Shown here one piece after another: positions 18,981 to 19,735 of a stretch of DNA of 19,735 bases; position 1 is the first letter of the stretch, and the number at the start of each line of letters is the position of its first letter. Both the position numbers and the translations under genes were made by a program. The DNA comes from Candidatus Eiseniibacteriota bacterium. Its GTDB lineage: Bacteria; Eisenbacteria; RBG-16-71-46; DASYSL01. Location of the stretch: positions 1-19,735 of the forward strand of contig JANPEF010000019.1 in assembly GCA_031431875.1 (NCBI GenBank). Direction: 5' to 3'. A model generated the notes under the pieces. The model was not told where the DNA came from. It was given only the letters and a program-made list of their open reading frames with translations, and made no database searches.

Positions 18981-19006
18981 GCGCAGGCTCTCGCGAATGG
19001 GGCGGA

Positions 19007-19594
19007 TCATGCCCCGGGGCCGGCCTCGAGAGCGCGCTCGATCCGGCTGTCCGGAACGAGCCACAGGATGGCCACGAGGACGTAGATCCCGCACGAGACC
19101 AGTGGGGCGACCAGCGCGACCGCCACGGCGACCGCGTAGAGCGCCAGCGAGATGATGCCCTTGGCATCGCGCCCGACGGCGATCGCCAGCATGGCATTCT
19201 CGGGGTGCGTGGCGATCAGCACCCGCGACAGCCCGTAGTACGCGACGCCGGCGCAGAGCAGGACGACACCGTAGGCGGCGACCGGGACCGCGGCGAAGTG
19301 GCTCGTGCCCATCCAGGCCGTGACGAACGGAATCAGCGCCAGCCAGAACAAGAGATGCATGTTGGCCCACAGCACCGTGCCGTTGATGCGCTTCACGGCA
19401 TGGAGCATGTGGTGATGGTTGTTCCAGTAGATGGCGAGGAACACGAAGCTCAGCACGAAGCTCAGGAGCACCGGCACCACGGGCCCGAGCGCGGCGAGGT
19501 CGGTGCCGTGCGGAGCGTGGAGTTCGATCACCATGATCGTGATCAGGATGGCGATCACGCCGTCGCTGAACGCCTCGAGTCGTCCCTTGGTCAT
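19007..19594 (-). CDS. TMEM175 family (DUF1211) potassium channel
   Basis: MTKGRLEAFSDGVIAILITIM (RxxxFSD motif), YWNNHHH, about 6 TM segments. Confidence 0.93.
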   Translation of the reverse strand: MTKGRLEAFSDGVIAILITIMVIELHAPHGTDLAALGPVVPVLLSFVLSFVFLAIYWNNHHHMLHAVKRINGTVLWANMHLLFWLALIPFVTAWMGTSHFAAVPVAAYGVVLLCAGVAYYGLSRVLIATHPENAMLAIAVGRDAKGIISLALYAVAVAVALVAPLVSCGIYVLVAILWLVPDSRIERALEAGPGA

Positions 19595-19735
19595 GCGGCT
19601 CCCCCGCCCTTGCGGATCACGTACCAGTTGTTCTGGATGTCGTGCGCCAGCTCGTGCTTCACGAACGAGCGGAACCCGGCCCGCTCGACGTACTCCCGGG
19701 TCTTCTGCTCGCCCCACATCGCGCCCAGCCCCTCG
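19591..19735 (-). CDS. C-terminus of a class I SAM-dependent methyltransferase (Rv2258c-like), partial
   Basis: Manual translation EGLGAMWGEQKTREYVERAGFRSFVKHELAHDIQNNWYVIRKGGGAA*; the GLGAMWGE..AGF..HDIQN pattern is recalled from this family; its TGA overlaps the TMEM175 ATG. Not in the ORF track. Confidence 0.7.
   Translation of the reverse strand, partial: EGLGAMWGEQKTREYVERAGFRSFVKHELAHDIQNNWYVIRKGGGAA

Overview
GC-rich (roughly 70% in coding regions) bacterial chromosomal segment, mostly core genes. From left to right: the 5' ~1270 nt of a 16S rRNA gene (minus strand) with its leader, boxA and a near-consensus sigma70 promoter; tyrS (-); a divergent class A PBP (PBP1A) followed by a COG4705/DUF347 membrane protein (+); then a long minus-strand run. 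In transcription order that run is: a partial SAM-methyltransferase, a TMEM175 channel, metH, a double-hotdog protein, a DinB protein, a YgiD-type extradiol dioxygenase, an outer-membrane beta-barrel, DUF2203, and nuoB-nuoCD-nuoG-nuoI-nth. The most unusual feature is this self-contained complex I unit. It holds only hydrophilic subunits (no nuoA, E, F, H or J-N), has a short N7-bearing NuoG and ends in endonuclease III. Also notable are three apparently leaderless genes (tyrS, PBP1A, metH), a 13-bp sequence shared by two promoters, a 3x14-bp repeat in the DUF2203 leader, and 16S primer-site signatures suggesting a little-studied diderm lineage. No mobile element, CRISPR array or tRNA was seen.
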